From Anaerohalosphaeraceae bacterium (GTDB lineage: Bacteria; Planctomycetota; Phycisphaerae; Sedimentisphaerales; Anaerohalosphaeraceae): DNA of 64,000 nt. Below, in pieces: positions 21,243-31,557 of this stretch. Location: NCBI GenBank assembly GCA_963675525.2, contig CAXXSL010000016.1, forward strand, positions 672,001-736,000, read 5' to 3'. The notes beneath the pieces are model-generated. The model saw only the letters and a program-made list of their open reading frames with translations, did not search any database and was not told where the DNA came from. The position numbers and the translations under genes were made by a program. Each line of letters starts with the position of its first letter. Within the stretch, counting starts at the first letter, position 1.

Positions 21243-22181
21243 ATGAACGAAAAAAATGACAATTTTTTCACCTATTTGCCCATCAGCGAGAAAAATATGC
21301 GATGGGACCTGTACCTGACAGGTGTTGGGGTCGCAACGTTATCACCGGGAACCGTTTATCCGCCCAAAGGTCACCCCAATATATACCATTTCGATTGGGA
21401 AACAGGACGTGTGCTTCCCGAATACCAAATTCTGTTAATTGCAGAAGGACAAGGTTTCTTTGAATCCTCCAAAACGGAAGGAACAACGGTGCAGGCCGGC
21501 AATATTATCTTGTTATTTCCCGGTATTTGGCATCGATATCGGCCATTAAAGAACTCCGACTGGAAAGAATACTGGCTCAGCTGGAACGGGGAGCGATTGT
21601 ATCGGTTGCTGAAAAAAGGGGTATTGAACGCAAATCAAGCCGTCCTTTCCGCTGAGCATCCGGGCAATATCCGTGCGGCTTTTGAACGGATATTGGACCA
21701 TGTTCATGCACACCCGGCCGAAAATTCCAATGTTTTGAGTGCCTACGCAATGGAAGTATTAACGCTGGCCATGGAAAATAGTGAGGCCAAAGAAGTCACA
21801 AAAGACACCGTCGTCCCCCTGGAACACGCACATTCCGCAGATGATCCGATCGTGTTTAAGGCTTTGCAGATTATCTGGAATCACAGTTACCGTGATTTTC
21901 GAGTGGATGATATTGTGAACCTGTTGCCGGTATCGCGGAGAACACTGGAACGGAAATTCCAGCAAACCGTCAAGTATCCAATCCGATTTGAAATAACACG
22001 ATGTCGAACCGAAAGAGCTAAACATTTATTGGCCAATACCACCCTTCCGATCAAACATATTGCCTTTTCGGTCGGCTTTTCCGGAACGGAGCGGATGGGC
22101 AAAGTCTTTCAGCGGGAATTCGGCATATCGCCAAGTCAATATCGAATGAACTTTCACCATTCCCATCGGGAGAACGACTGA
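21243..22181 (+). CDS. AraC family transcriptional regulator (probable rhamnose regulator)
   Basis: N-terminal cupin (LFPGIWHRY) and C-terminal double HTH (SRRTLERKF...IAFSVGFS...FGISPSQYR); divergent from the rha operon. Confidence 0.92.
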   Translation: MNEKNDNFFTYLPISEKNMRWDLYLTGVGVATLSPGTVYPPKGHPNIYHFDWETGRVLPEYQILLIAEGQGFFESSKTEGTTVQAGNIILLFPGIWHRYRPLKNSDWKEYWLSWNGERLYRLLKKGVLNANQAVLSAEHPGNIRAAFERILDHVHAHPAENSNVLSAYAMEVLTLAMENSEAKEVTKDTVVPLEHAHSADDPIVFKALQIIWNHSYRDFRVDDIVNLLPVSRRTLERKFQQTVKYPIRFEITRCRTERAKHLLANTTLPIKHIAFSVGFSGTERMGKVFQREFGISPSQYRMNFHHSHREND

Positions 22182-22191
22182 AGTTCTAAAC

Positions 22192-22713
22192 TCAATATTC
22201 AAGAAAACTTCTGCCCTGAGAATCTGTACCCGATTTGCTGAGCTTTATGGTGGCGGTTTCTTTCTGATACAGCCAGCCGACATTGGCATCGTTGCTTGCC
22301 GTCAGATACCCTTCAAAATCCGTAGAGGTTCCGGTGCTGTAGGGAACATAGATAATCGAGGTCATGTCATTAAAGGGGTTAGCGGGCAACTTCAGAAGAT
22401 AGGGCCCATAAACGTACGCGCCCGCAGGAACACGGGAAGAAGAGGCCATTCCCGTCGCAGCGCTGGTGCCGATAAACTGGAATGTAAGTGTGCTTGTGGG
22501 CGCCTGCATTGTATTGATATAGCCGGGTACTAACCCGTTGTGCTGGAGTTTATAAAGACCGATCTGAGACCGGAACACTTGAAGTGAACTTTGAGCTGCC
22601 GCTTCGCGGGCCTGAGTAATATGGTCCTGAAACGAGGGAAACGCCAGTGCTGAGAGGATTCCCAGAATCGCCACAACGATCATCAACTCCACTAGCGTAA
22701 AACCTTTTTTCAT
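22192..22713 (-). CDS. Prepilin-type N-terminal methylation domain protein (GspG/pilin-like)
   Basis: MKKG/FTLVELMIVVAILGILSALAFP; LPANPF. Confidence 0.9.
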   Translation of the reverse strand: MKKGFTLVELMIVVAILGILSALAFPSFQDHITQAREAAAQSSLQVFRSQIGLYKLQHNGLVPGYINTMQAPTSTLTFQFIGTSAATGMASSSRVPAGAYVYGPYLLKLPANPFNDMTSIIYVPYSTGTSTDFEGYLTASNDANVGWLYQKETATIKLSKSGTDSQGRSFLEY

Positions 22714-22964
22714 GAGTATCCCCTATTTTCAGCCTAAATGGAACGACCCTCTAAAAAGTGCTTTTTTAACAAAAATTAAGAATGATTTCATATTTATACA
22801 TTTAAAGTATACACTATTTTTACTAAAAATCAAGTATATTAATAAAATATTAACAAAATATTAAAGAAGTAGTTGCATTTTCCTCAATCCGGTGTATATT
22901 TTAATAACGTGAAATACACCTGTTAAATTAAAAACTTTATAAGTCTTGTATCAGGGGAATAACG

Positions 22965-24146
22965 ATGAATACTCAAAACACCAAAAAAAGAATTGCTCTT
23001 GCGGCAATCGTCCTGGTCTGTTGCGGCTTCCTTTTCGCAGACGAATATTATGCCGGCGGGGTCACGGTGGATATTAACCGTGATGTGCTGGGCTATCTCT
23101 GGGTTGAGGACGCCACCGTTAATTTGTTCGAAAATGCCCATATTGTCAACGACGCCTTTTATGGAGACATTTATGCCACATCCGGCTCGGTGATCAATAT
23201 TTATGGCGGCCAGATCGACGGATACCTGTTTATCACAACCTCGGAAAACGGTATGCCCGAAGCACAGGTCACGGTTTTTGGCACCGAGTTTTCGGTTGGT
23301 GGCGTGCCTGTTGATCCTGGCGCAACAGAGTTATTCCTCCAGGGGCAGGAACTGTCCGGCGTGTACGCTGATGGAACGCCTTTCGCACATCTGGTTGATT
23401 GTGCGGTCACCGCCAATTTTTATCTGACGGTTAAGCTCGGCTGGCTGGAAAGTGCGGCCAAGATCGAAATCGACCAGACGGACGTTGATTTCGGCCAGGT
23501 GGATATCGGCGACACACAAAGCGCCTTTGTTACCGTTTTCAATACGGGTAATGCAAATATGACACTGCAATCGGTTTCCATCCTGCAGGATGACAATGTT
23601 CAGTTTGGCTTTGTGCCTCTGCAGCAGCTGCCCGTGACGATTGAGCCTGAGACAGCGATCGAGATCGAAGTCTTGTTCAGCCCTGTTGCCGAAGGCACCG
23701 CTGAAGCGGTATTGCAGATTGCCAGTGATGACCCCGATCAGGCCGTGGTGGAAGTCAATTTAATCGGCGAAGGAATGCGGGTTGTTATGACCGCCGAAGA
23801 GCAAATTGATATGATCATGAAATACTACGCAACGTCGCTGCAAGACGGAACCATCACAGGCGTCGGAGATCGTCGTGCAGCTTGGAGAAAAGCGATGGCT
23901 TTCGGCAAGACTCTGCTTCTGGCAAATCGACTGATTGGTGCCGGATATGATAGTCAAGCTCTGAAAATAGTGCAGGTCGCGCAAAAGCAGTGCAGCCACG
24001 AAAAGTTGATTACCGGCGAGGGCGTTCCTGTCCTCAGCGAAATGCTTGATGAACTGATCGCCACGCTCAATGAATCAATCGAACCCAAACCCCAATGGCA
24101 TCGTTATCATCGCAATTGGGGGAAAAATCATAAGAACAAGAAATAG
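22965..24146 (+). CDS. Secreted hypothetical protein with ASH/choice-of-anchor D Ig-like domain
   Basis: Signal peptide; VDFGQVDIG...VTVFNTGNANMTL...LQIASDDPD...VNLIGEG. Confidence 0.75.
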   Translation: MNTQNTKKRIALAAIVLVCCGFLFADEYYAGGVTVDINRDVLGYLWVEDATVNLFENAHIVNDAFYGDIYATSGSVINIYGGQIDGYLFITTSENGMPEAQVTVFGTEFSVGGVPVDPGATELFLQGQELSGVYADGTPFAHLVDCAVTANFYLTVKLGWLESAAKIEIDQTDVDFGQVDIGDTQSAFVTVFNTGNANMTLQSVSILQDDNVQFGFVPLQQLPVTIEPETAIEIEVLFSPVAEGTAEAVLQIASDDPDQAVVEVNLIGEGMRVVMTAEEQIDMIMKYYATSLQDGTITGVGDRRAAWRKAMAFGKTLLLANRLIGAGYDSQALKIVQVAQKQCSHEKLITGEGVPVLSEMLDELIATLNESIEPKPQWHRYHRNWGKNHKNKK

Positions 24147-24160
24147 AATCCAATGACACC

Positions 24161-24193
24161 AAAAAAGGCGAGGTCGCAAACCTCGCTTTTTTT
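24161..24193. terminator. Bidirectional intrinsic terminator
   Basis: aaaaaaggcgaggt-cgcaa-acctcgcttttttt between convergent genes. Confidence 0.85.
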
Positions 24194-24271
24194 ATGCGCC
24201 GGCCGGAGGACAACAGAAAGCTATAACATTGGGAATAACACAACATATATTTTTTCAGGACAAGTCGTCTC

Positions 24272-25171
24272 TTACTTTTTCTGTAAAAACCCAACGGTTG
24301 ATTCCATGATGCGCTGCTGAAGTTTATCGGCACCCTTTTGAGCATTTTGCTGTTGCAGGTCGTTGAAATTGGCCTGACAAAAATGACAGCCCAGCACATT
24401 CAAATGAAAGTCAACATACTGCTGCCAGTCCGGGCTCAGCGTTTTTAACAAAAACGCCCCGATCGTACTCCGTTTCGGACAACTTGGTCGATGCTGCTGC
24501 CAAATCTGCGCCAACAGCCCCTCCAGATCCGCTTCGGAAAGCTCTGCGGCCTCGACCGTCGCCAGTTCACTTTGAAACTGTTTGATCCATCGGTGCTTGA
24601 GAACGCCGACTTTGCCCGGATCCATTTTTAATGTCGAGGCAACGTCGGAATTCGACAGTTGACAATAAAAGATAAGCTCCATGGTTTTGAGATGCTCAAA
24701 ATTCAGGGTCTCTTTCATTTTTTCAAGCAGCCGCAGGATCGCGCAGGCGATGGACTCAAACAGCTTCTCCTTTTGTTCGTCCCGCCGGGCGTATGAACTG
24801 GCTGTCGGTTCGGACCCCTGAAAACCCGATAAATAATCTGACTGTTCCGCAGCGCCGCTATGGTACATATCCTGGATCAGGCCGACCCGCAAGGTCTTTT
24901 TTCGCCGATAATTATCGATGATCTTCCTGCGCAGGATAGTAAACAGAAAACTCTCCACGCTGCTTTCCGCCCGGTACGTGTGCAGGGCGCGGATGAAATT
25001 GACAAAGACCTCCTGGACCATGTCTTCGGCATCCGCCGACTGGCCCATCTGCTGGCGCGCATACGCAAACAGTCGGCCGTGGTAGCGCGCTACAAACTGC
25101 GACCACGCCCGATCGTCGCCCTGCCGAATTTGATCCAGCAGGTACAGTTCGGCCTGTGTCATTTCGCCCAT
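24272..25171 (-). CDS. ECF sigma-70 factor with C-terminal Cys/His (zinc-binding-like) extension
   Basis: Sigma2 RYHGRLFAYA...DAEDMVQEVF...FLFTILRRKIIDNYRR; degenerate sigma4; tail WQQHRPSCPKRSTIGAFLL...FHLNVLGCHFCQAN. Confidence 0.88.
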   Translation of the reverse strand: MGEMTQAELYLLDQIRQGDDRAWSQFVARYHGRLFAYARQQMGQSADAEDMVQEVFVNFIRALHTYRAESSVESFLFTILRRKIIDNYRRKKTLRVGLIQDMYHSGAAEQSDYLSGFQGSEPTASSYARRDEQKEKLFESIACAILRLLEKMKETLNFEHLKTMELIFYCQLSNSDVASTLKMDPGKVGVLKHRWIKQFQSELATVEAAELSEADLEGLLAQIWQQHRPSCPKRSTIGAFLLKTLSPDWQQYVDFHLNVLGCHFCQANFNDLQQQNAQKGADKLQQRIMESTVGFLQKK

Positions 25172-25219
25172 CGTTTTCCCTAAATCCCCCCCCCGTTTGA
25201 TAACAACGATTGTACTCGA

Positions 25220-26413
25220 TCAGGCATGGAACATCAATAAAACAAATACCATAACGGCACCAATCGCCACAATCGCGATCACAACCGAATAATACCCCTT
25301 GGTCAACGCATTAACAAGCATCGAAAGAACACCGATCAGCAGAATCATTCCGACCAGCGAAACGATGTGCCAGAGCCATGTTCGTCTAACCTGCCGGATA
25401 ACAACAACCTTATTTTGCCGTAATTGGTGCAACCGTTCCGGCGAGACATCCAGCAACACCGCCGCACGCCAGATCGGACCGGCCAGGCCCTGGAGACGCT
25501 GGGTGTATTCATCGACGAGGAATTCGTAGTCTCGCAAGTCGCTGTCCTGAACGTCTTGCAATCCGACCTGCTCGGCCAGATACTGCCGAGCCGCTTCGGC
25601 GACCTGCCCAAGAGCCTGTTCCTTCGTAACCGCTGTCTCTTTTGAAGCGATCACCGCCCATCGGTGCCCAACGGCAGTGGAATGAAATTTCTCGGTATCA
25701 TAAAGCCAGAGCCGATGCTCAAATTCAACCTGTTTGGCATATTTATTATCTGCTGTATGAACCACGGCCTGCAGAACCCCCCGGCGGCCGGCCTGTAGTA
25801 ATTGGAACGTGCGGGCAACGATGTGGGCAACGTCGGCATTCTGTATTTCGGGCGTTTTGATTTGAAGACTTTCGTCGTCTTTGAGTTGCAATGATATCCA
25901 AACTTGCCCTTCGGGTGCTTCTGATGCAATCACAATGTCAACATCCGGCAGGATAAATTTTAATCCGCGCCGCAGTTGCTCCAACAGATCGATCTCAACA
26001 CCGCCGTTGTCTTCAACGATCACGATCCGCTCGGGCGGCTGACCCAAGGCCGCAATTGTTTCCTGCAATTGTAAACCCAAACCGTAAGCCGCTATTTCCG
26101 TTCCGGAATAAACGTCGGGCGTCAGTTCCTCTTCTAACCCCTCGCGCCAGACGACATCACTTTTGACGATGTGCAAGGATGCTCCCTGCGACACGGATTC
26201 CGCTGCCATCACGTTAGGCGGCACAACGTCATGAGTTGCAACACGCATACGCATGGAAAACAAACCAAAGAGGCCGATCACCACCAGCAGTAAAAGAATC
26301 CCAAAGAAACACCTCACCGCCGGGCCGCCTTTGACCAGAAGGATAATGAACCCCACAAGCAGTGCCAGGGCGATCACTAAACCGGGTATTAACATGATAA
26401 ATGTAAGAGCCAT
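25220..26413 (-). CDS. Hypothetical membrane protein (2 N-terminal and 2 C-terminal TM segments around a large extracytoplasmic loop)
   Basis: 397 aa ORF with clear hydrophobic segments, GGAG RBS, closely spaced in the operon. Confidence 0.8.
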   Translation of the reverse strand: MALTFIMLIPGLVIALALLVGFIILLVKGGPAVRCFFGILLLLVVIGLFGLFSMRMRVATHDVVPPNVMAAESVSQGASLHIVKSDVVWREGLEEELTPDVYSGTEIAAYGLGLQLQETIAALGQPPERIVIVEDNGGVEIDLLEQLRRGLKFILPDVDIVIASEAPEGQVWISLQLKDDESLQIKTPEIQNADVAHIVARTFQLLQAGRRGVLQAVVHTADNKYAKQVEFEHRLWLYDTEKFHSTAVGHRWAVIASKETAVTKEQALGQVAEAARQYLAEQVGLQDVQDSDLRDYEFLVDEYTQRLQGLAGPIWRAAVLLDVSPERLHQLRQNKVVVIRQVRRTWLWHIVSLVGMILLIGVLSMLVNALTKGYYSVVIAIVAIGAVMVFVLLMFHA

Positions 26414-26435
26414 TATTTAACTCCAAATACGGACG

Positions 26436-28967
26436 TTATAGTTGAGTTTGTTGTGTTTGCGGATTCAATGCGACAACCTGCGGCGGCTTGCGCTTTGGCG
26501 GCCACGCCAGCAAAATAATGGCCGGGATAAAAAATACCACCGATGCGAACATCGCGCCGTCTACGGCTTTACTGACCTTTTCGAATATCACCCCTGCAGG
26601 TTTGCCCACAAGTGACTCTTCAATATAAATTGAATTGGCCGTCCCAAAGACAACCGTCAATGCCAGTGTTAAGAGTCCCACCGCAATCATAAAGCGAACA
26701 ATATGAGCGGCGCCGAACCGCCTGCGCGAGATCAAAATAAATATCAAGGCAACGGCTAATAAGCAAAAACTGACCATCATAATGATATTTTCAAAAGCAA
26801 CCGGCCAGTTCGGCGCCCCCCAGAATCGCTCTATTTCAGCAGGCAGATCATCCGGAAGACATGCCGCGACAATGGTCATCAAATGTATCGCGCAGCCGAT
26901 TAACGACAGTAGTGAAATAATCATCAGCAAATATCCAAACAAACCGAATAAGACTGAAAAAACTCCCGCTTTGGCCGTCGGGTCTTCGATCACGATCGTC
27001 GTGGTTCTCGAATCGGACGACGGGGCGGGAATCGGCGCTTCATATTGCGGATGGTGACCGGCTGCCGCATTGGCCTGCGCCGGCTTAGCCGGGGCAGGCG
27101 GTATCGGATACGGCTGCTTTGGGGTTCTTCTACCGCCTTCCCAAACAAGCAGTTTCCGTCCCTGTTTGTCACGAAACTCACCCGAAAGGATCAGAATAAA
27201 ATCAATCAGTTGACCAATCCCTAACAGCCCTCCCGTGAAAAGCCACAGCAGGCCCGTTCCGATCTTGCCGACATAAAAACGGTGCAGTCCTGCGAACGGC
27301 ACCAGAAATACAATCCCGCATAATATGGCCGCCACCGAACGTTTACAGGGGCTGGTTCCCGCAGGTATGATTCCAACCGACTTGGGAATAGGTCTTGGAG
27401 CCGGTTTCGGTACTTCTTTTTGGGGTTTTGCGACATCTTTGGCGCCGACAAAAGGACACAGAATCTGAACATACAGGCAGACACCGGCCACCACGGCGAT
27501 GCTGATGATCGGCTGGCCGTCAAAAGCACTCGCGATGCCAAATGAAAAAACGCCGATACCGATAGCCGGAGCCAACGAAACACGGTTCTTTCGATAGACG
27601 CTGGTCAACTTCCACCAATTCGGAATCGCCAACACGAGCAACGCTAAAAAAGTTCCCTCGAAATAGGACCTCATAAATTCGGCCGGACCGCCTTGGGACA
27701 CAAAATAAAATGCCAGAGCCGCCAAAAGAATGGCAACCACCGAAGCCGCCAAATTGCGAAACGGCTTTGAGTCCATTTCCTTAAGCAGCCTGTACCGTAC
27801 CAGTAAAATCCCGCCGGTACCGCCGAGGATCATCAAAAATGTCAGGAAAGCGATGCCGCCGACTTCATTATTTCTGTGTCCGGTCAACAAGCCCGCCGCA
27901 AGCGACAAAACCCCGCTGGTCAGTAGTGCCAGCAAAATACGCTGCTTTTTTTCCATCGGATCTTTGGCGGCCGCCGACTTGAGCTCTTCATCGGATTCCT
28001 GGTAAAAAATATTGTGGGCCGCCTCAGCTTTACTATAAAGAAAATCGGCCTTACTCTGCTTTTTGGTATTGTTTACCGACGCAGCTGCGACAGGTTGCTT
28101 TTGCATCTTCGCCGCTACCTGTCCGGCCACGATCGAAAGTTCCATCGGGCTGAACTGCGACATGCTTTGCCGAACACTTTCGGCCCCGAACACATCCTCG
28201 ACCATCTCTTTGACGGTCCCGTAGCGGTCCTTCGGGTCGCGTGCCATGGCTTTTTTGATCACCCGCGCAAATGTTTCATCCACACCGCTCAAATCGGGAG
28301 ATGCGCTCATGTGTTTCATTAACACTTCGGCCGGACTGGCTCCGATATAGGGAAGCTGACCGGTCAGCATCTCGTACAGCATCACCCCCAGCGCATAAAT
28401 ATCAATACTGCGGTCATATTTACCCACGCCGATTTCCGGCGCCATGTAATGAACCGTCCCGACGGTGATCGTCTGGTTGCTGTAGCGGCTGGTATTGATC
28501 GCCTTACTCAGCCCGTAATCGCCGATCTTGACCTGACCGTCTTCGTAAAAAATATTGCCGGGCTTAAGGTCCCGATGCACGATCCCGCTGTCATGCAGAT
28601 AGTTGAGCCCCTTGGCGATCTCGCGCAAAAAGAAAGCCGTTTTTTGAACCCCCAGCCCGCCGGATGAGGACTGGATCATGTCCGCCAATGACGGACCGGA
28701 CACATATTCCATGATAACAAACAGCTTGCCGTCGTCGTTGTACTTGGCGTCAAACACCGTAACCAGGTGCGGATTCTTCAGATTCATGCACTGCTGAATC
28801 CCGCGCAGCTCGATCTGTTCGTAGGTCTGCACCGCTTTGAGCGCGACTTGCCGGCCGGTATCGCTGGTCGCATAGTACACCTCGCCAAAGCCGCCCCGCC
28901 CCACGGCTCGCTCGATCGTATACCCGGCCAAAGGTTTGTCGCCATGTTGGTACTGGTATTTTGCCAT
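26436..28967 (-). CDS. Membrane-bound Hanks-type Ser/Thr protein kinase with TM2 (NINE) domain
   Basis: GRGGFGEVY, VALK, HRDLKPGN, DYG, GTVHYMAPE, DIYALG; multiple TM segments; TM2 motif GLHRFYVGKIGTGLLWLFTGGLLGIGQLIDFILILSGEFRD. Confidence 0.93.
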   Translation of the reverse strand: MAKYQYQHGDKPLAGYTIERAVGRGGFGEVYYATSDTGRQVALKAVQTYEQIELRGIQQCMNLKNPHLVTVFDAKYNDDGKLFVIMEYVSGPSLADMIQSSSGGLGVQKTAFFLREIAKGLNYLHDSGIVHRDLKPGNIFYEDGQVKIGDYGLSKAINTSRYSNQTITVGTVHYMAPEIGVGKYDRSIDIYALGVMLYEMLTGQLPYIGASPAEVLMKHMSASPDLSGVDETFARVIKKAMARDPKDRYGTVKEMVEDVFGAESVRQSMSQFSPMELSIVAGQVAAKMQKQPVAAASVNNTKKQSKADFLYSKAEAAHNIFYQESDEELKSAAAKDPMEKKQRILLALLTSGVLSLAAGLLTGHRNNEVGGIAFLTFLMILGGTGGILLVRYRLLKEMDSKPFRNLAASVVAILLAALAFYFVSQGGPAEFMRSYFEGTFLALLVLAIPNWWKLTSVYRKNRVSLAPAIGIGVFSFGIASAFDGQPIISIAVVAGVCLYVQILCPFVGAKDVAKPQKEVPKPAPRPIPKSVGIIPAGTSPCKRSVAAILCGIVFLVPFAGLHRFYVGKIGTGLLWLFTGGLLGIGQLIDFILILSGEFRDKQGRKLLVWEGGRRTPKQPYPIPPAPAKPAQANAAAGHHPQYEAPIPAPSSDSRTTTIVIEDPTAKAGVFSVLFGLFGYLLMIISLLSLIGCAIHLMTIVAACLPDDLPAEIERFWGAPNWPVAFENIIMMVSFCLLAVALIFILISRRRFGAAHIVRFMIAVGLLTLALTVVFGTANSIYIEESLVGKPAGVIFEKVSKAVDGAMFASVVFFIPAIILLAWPPKRKPPQVVALNPQTQQTQL

Positions 28968-28994
28968 CTTCTCTGTCCTGTCCTTACCTTCTAA

Positions 28995-30563
28995 TTATTT
29001 ATATGTCGTCAGAATAAATCGAAAGTCCCCTGTTTCAATCTGTTTGTCCATCGGCAGCGCCTGTCCTGCGCCGACTGCGCATCCGTCCGCATAAACCGGC
29101 TGACTGCTGCGGCACCGGAGCCGACCGTCCTGCAAAAACAAGGTGACCGCTTCGGGAATCTGCCCGCTTTGGACATGATTATTGCGTTCGGGTCCGATCA
29201 GGATTTCGCGATCCATCAGGACCACGCCGCTGATGTCAGCACGGGGAAACCGTCCGCTGGACGGGATCAGGCAGGCCGTGTTGCTGGCCGGATTCGGCAG
29301 GGTAAACTTAAACCGGCAGCGCGGTGACAACTCGACGCGGTCGCCGTCTCCGAGAAGCTGTTTGCCGGTACTCCCGGCATCGCCAAAGAAATAATCGCCG
29401 TCGATGCGCTCGATCTGCCGGGGCCGAACATCCGGCGCCGTTACCAACTCAATGTCCGACCGCGTCGAAGAACTCACCGGGCCCATCGTGACGCGGTCAT
29501 CGCATAAAACATGATAAGCACCGATGCCGTCCATCTGAAGAATAAATCGTGTTTTCATATTCAAATCCTTGTTGCGTTGAATACAAGGAACCTCATTAAT
29601 CTCGGGGATCGGCCGAGCCATTTTCCCCGCCGCCGGCTGTTGAGAAACTCCCGACAGCGCGATGCTCTCAAGAATCCCCAGCGGGCCGCCCTGCAATCCC
29701 TGCTGTGCCGCGGCGGCCGTTTGCGCCTGGTCAATCGCCTTTGTTACCCAACCGGCCTTGGGCAGCAAAGTCTGAATTTTTCGCAGACAGACCACCGCCG
29801 CTTCATAATAACCCGTATTGATCTGCACAACCGCCTGGCGGCTGTACTCCACTGCCTGATGGTACGGCCGGAGCCTGTCACACCGGGCCGACAAACCGTT
29901 CAACTGATTCAACAATGACGACGCCGCATAGACCTGACCGTCGAGCAGATATCCCTGCAATTTTTCACAAGCCTGCTGGCCCATCCGATCAAGGATCGCC
30001 GCCGCTTCATGATGCAGACTGCCTCGAAGCCCGCTGCCCTGGTACACGCGCCAGGCTAATTCGACCTGCCCGTTCTTCAGCGCCTGCTCAACACGCGCAA
30101 CAGCCGAATCCTTTTCAACTTCCAGCAGCTCGGCATTTTTCAGTAGGTACTGCGCCTGCCGGTCATCCGTCTGAGCCAGAATTTTACGCCCGGTTGACAG
30201 CCAGCCGTTCTGCATTTGCTCTTTGGCCCGAGCCAACTGTTCGGCACGCTGCTGGGATTCGGCACGTTCCGACTCGATTTGCCCGCAGATCACCGACCGC
30301 AACTGAACCACATCAGGCACGTTGCCGGCCAGCTTTTCCGCACGAAGGCAATCCTCAAGAGCCGGTGCCAGCCGGTTCGCCGCAAGATGCTCCTGTCCGC
30401 GCCGAACAAACGCCTGCGACAGTCGCGTCAACAGTTTCTGCCCGGAGCGGTGCTCCCGAAGCGACGGGTCTTTCAGCATTTCAAAAGCTTCGTCCAGCCT
30501 CCCGTCAGCCAGAGCAACCTGAGCACGTTTTAATTGAAAATCAAACACCTGTCGAACTCCCAA
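28995..30563 (-). CDS. Hypothetical protein: alpha-helical/TPR-like N-terminus and C-terminal FHA-like beta region
   Basis: Long Ala/Leu/Gln helical region; C-terminal RFILQMDGIGAYHVLCDDRVTMG...LLGDGDRVEL...EILIGP...HV. True start may be GTG 30548 (GGGAG upstream). Confidence 0.7.
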   Translation of the reverse strand: MGVRQVFDFQLKRAQVALADGRLDEAFEMLKDPSLREHRSGQKLLTRLSQAFVRRGQEHLAANRLAPALEDCLRAEKLAGNVPDVVQLRSVICGQIESERAESQQRAEQLARAKEQMQNGWLSTGRKILAQTDDRQAQYLLKNAELLEVEKDSAVARVEQALKNGQVELAWRVYQGSGLRGSLHHEAAAILDRMGQQACEKLQGYLLDGQVYAASSLLNQLNGLSARCDRLRPYHQAVEYSRQAVVQINTGYYEAAVVCLRKIQTLLPKAGWVTKAIDQAQTAAAAQQGLQGGPLGILESIALSGVSQQPAAGKMARPIPEINEVPCIQRNKDLNMKTRFILQMDGIGAYHVLCDDRVTMGPVSSSTRSDIELVTAPDVRPRQIERIDGDYFFGDAGSTGKQLLGDGDRVELSPRCRFKFTLPNPASNTACLIPSSGRFPRADISGVVLMDREILIGPERNNHVQSGQIPEAVTLFLQDGRLRCRSSQPVYADGCAVGAGQALPMDKQIETGDFRFILTTYK

Positions 30564-30682
30564 ACGTCGGGTCTGCCTCCGGCCGGTCGAACAAAAAGCC
30601 GAAAACGCATTGTACCCAATTCCGTCACATTAAGCAAATCCTTCGCAAACGGGAATAATTCCCCGATTTGTCCGGTTCTGCG

Positions 30683-31498
30683 TTAATTCGAAACCACTTC
30701 CTCGGCACTGTCAATTGTATTTTCCCGCTGGAAATACTCGTCAACCTGCGTGACCAACTGGTCGGCGGAAACCTGATCGATAGGAATCGTTTGAACAAAT
30801 TTGCTTTCATGCGACAAAACACGCTCGGCGACATCCAGACGCTTTTTGATCTGTCCGAGAAGCTTTTCGGTCTGCGCCAGCTTGCTGTTGTCAACATGGA
30901 TCCCGGTGCCCACCGCTGAGGCCTTCAACAGACGGTACTGCCCTTCAAGACTCTGGATCCGCGAGGCTAAAATGCGTTTCTGAGACTTGGTCTTCTCCAG
31001 AAGCTGAACGGCCGCACGTAAGGATTTTTCACGGGTTTCGTACAACTTGTTTTTGCTGGCAAACACCAGCTCGGCCTCTTTATAGTTCTCAAACTGAGCA
31101 GCCAGTTCATCGGCCACCTCCTGCCGGGTAAATTTCCGGCTGCCGAAAGCGTAGCTGGCCTGCTCTTTTTCAAGCGTGTTCCGCAGTTTTTCAACCCGCT
31201 GCTTTTGCTGGCCGATCGCCGCTTCGCCTTCCTGAATTTCCTTCTTCAGCCCGGCGATCTCAACTTCTTCCTTGGCGATCAATTCAATATTCGCATGAAT
31301 TTCGGGCAATATTTCTTCCAACAGGTCCTGGGCCCGACGCAATTCAAATTCAATGGGCACCGCGTCCTTGACCTTGTCCTGAGTTATCTTGGCACTGCTT
31401 CGGACATAGCTGGATAAGTCCTTGCCAAACAACAGCCCGCCAACGATCAAAAACAGTACCAGCCCAATAAGTCCTCGTTTGATCCACTTGCTCATCAT
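30683..31498 (-). CDS. N-terminally anchored coiled-coil protein (PspA/IM30-like, tentative)
   Basis: One TM/signal segment followed by continuous heptad helices; AGGAG RBS; first gene of the operon. Confidence 0.75.
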   Translation of the reverse strand: MMSKWIKRGLIGLVLFLIVGGLLFGKDLSSYVRSSAKITQDKVKDAVPIEFELRRAQDLLEEILPEIHANIELIAKEEVEIAGLKKEIQEGEAAIGQQKQRVEKLRNTLEKEQASYAFGSRKFTRQEVADELAAQFENYKEAELVFASKNKLYETREKSLRAAVQLLEKTKSQKRILASRIQSLEGQYRLLKASAVGTGIHVDNSKLAQTEKLLGQIKKRLDVAERVLSHESKFVQTIPIDQVSADQLVTQVDEYFQRENTIDSAEEVVSN

Positions 31499-31557
31499 GA
31501 TTTTTCTCCTGAAAATGAGGTTTACATCGTTTTTTAGTCAATACCATTCATAGGTAT

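Noticed and set aside
22192..22713. Type II secretion / type IV pilus locus
   Set aside because: Only one isolated pilin-like gene is present, with no ATPase, platform or secretin nearby.
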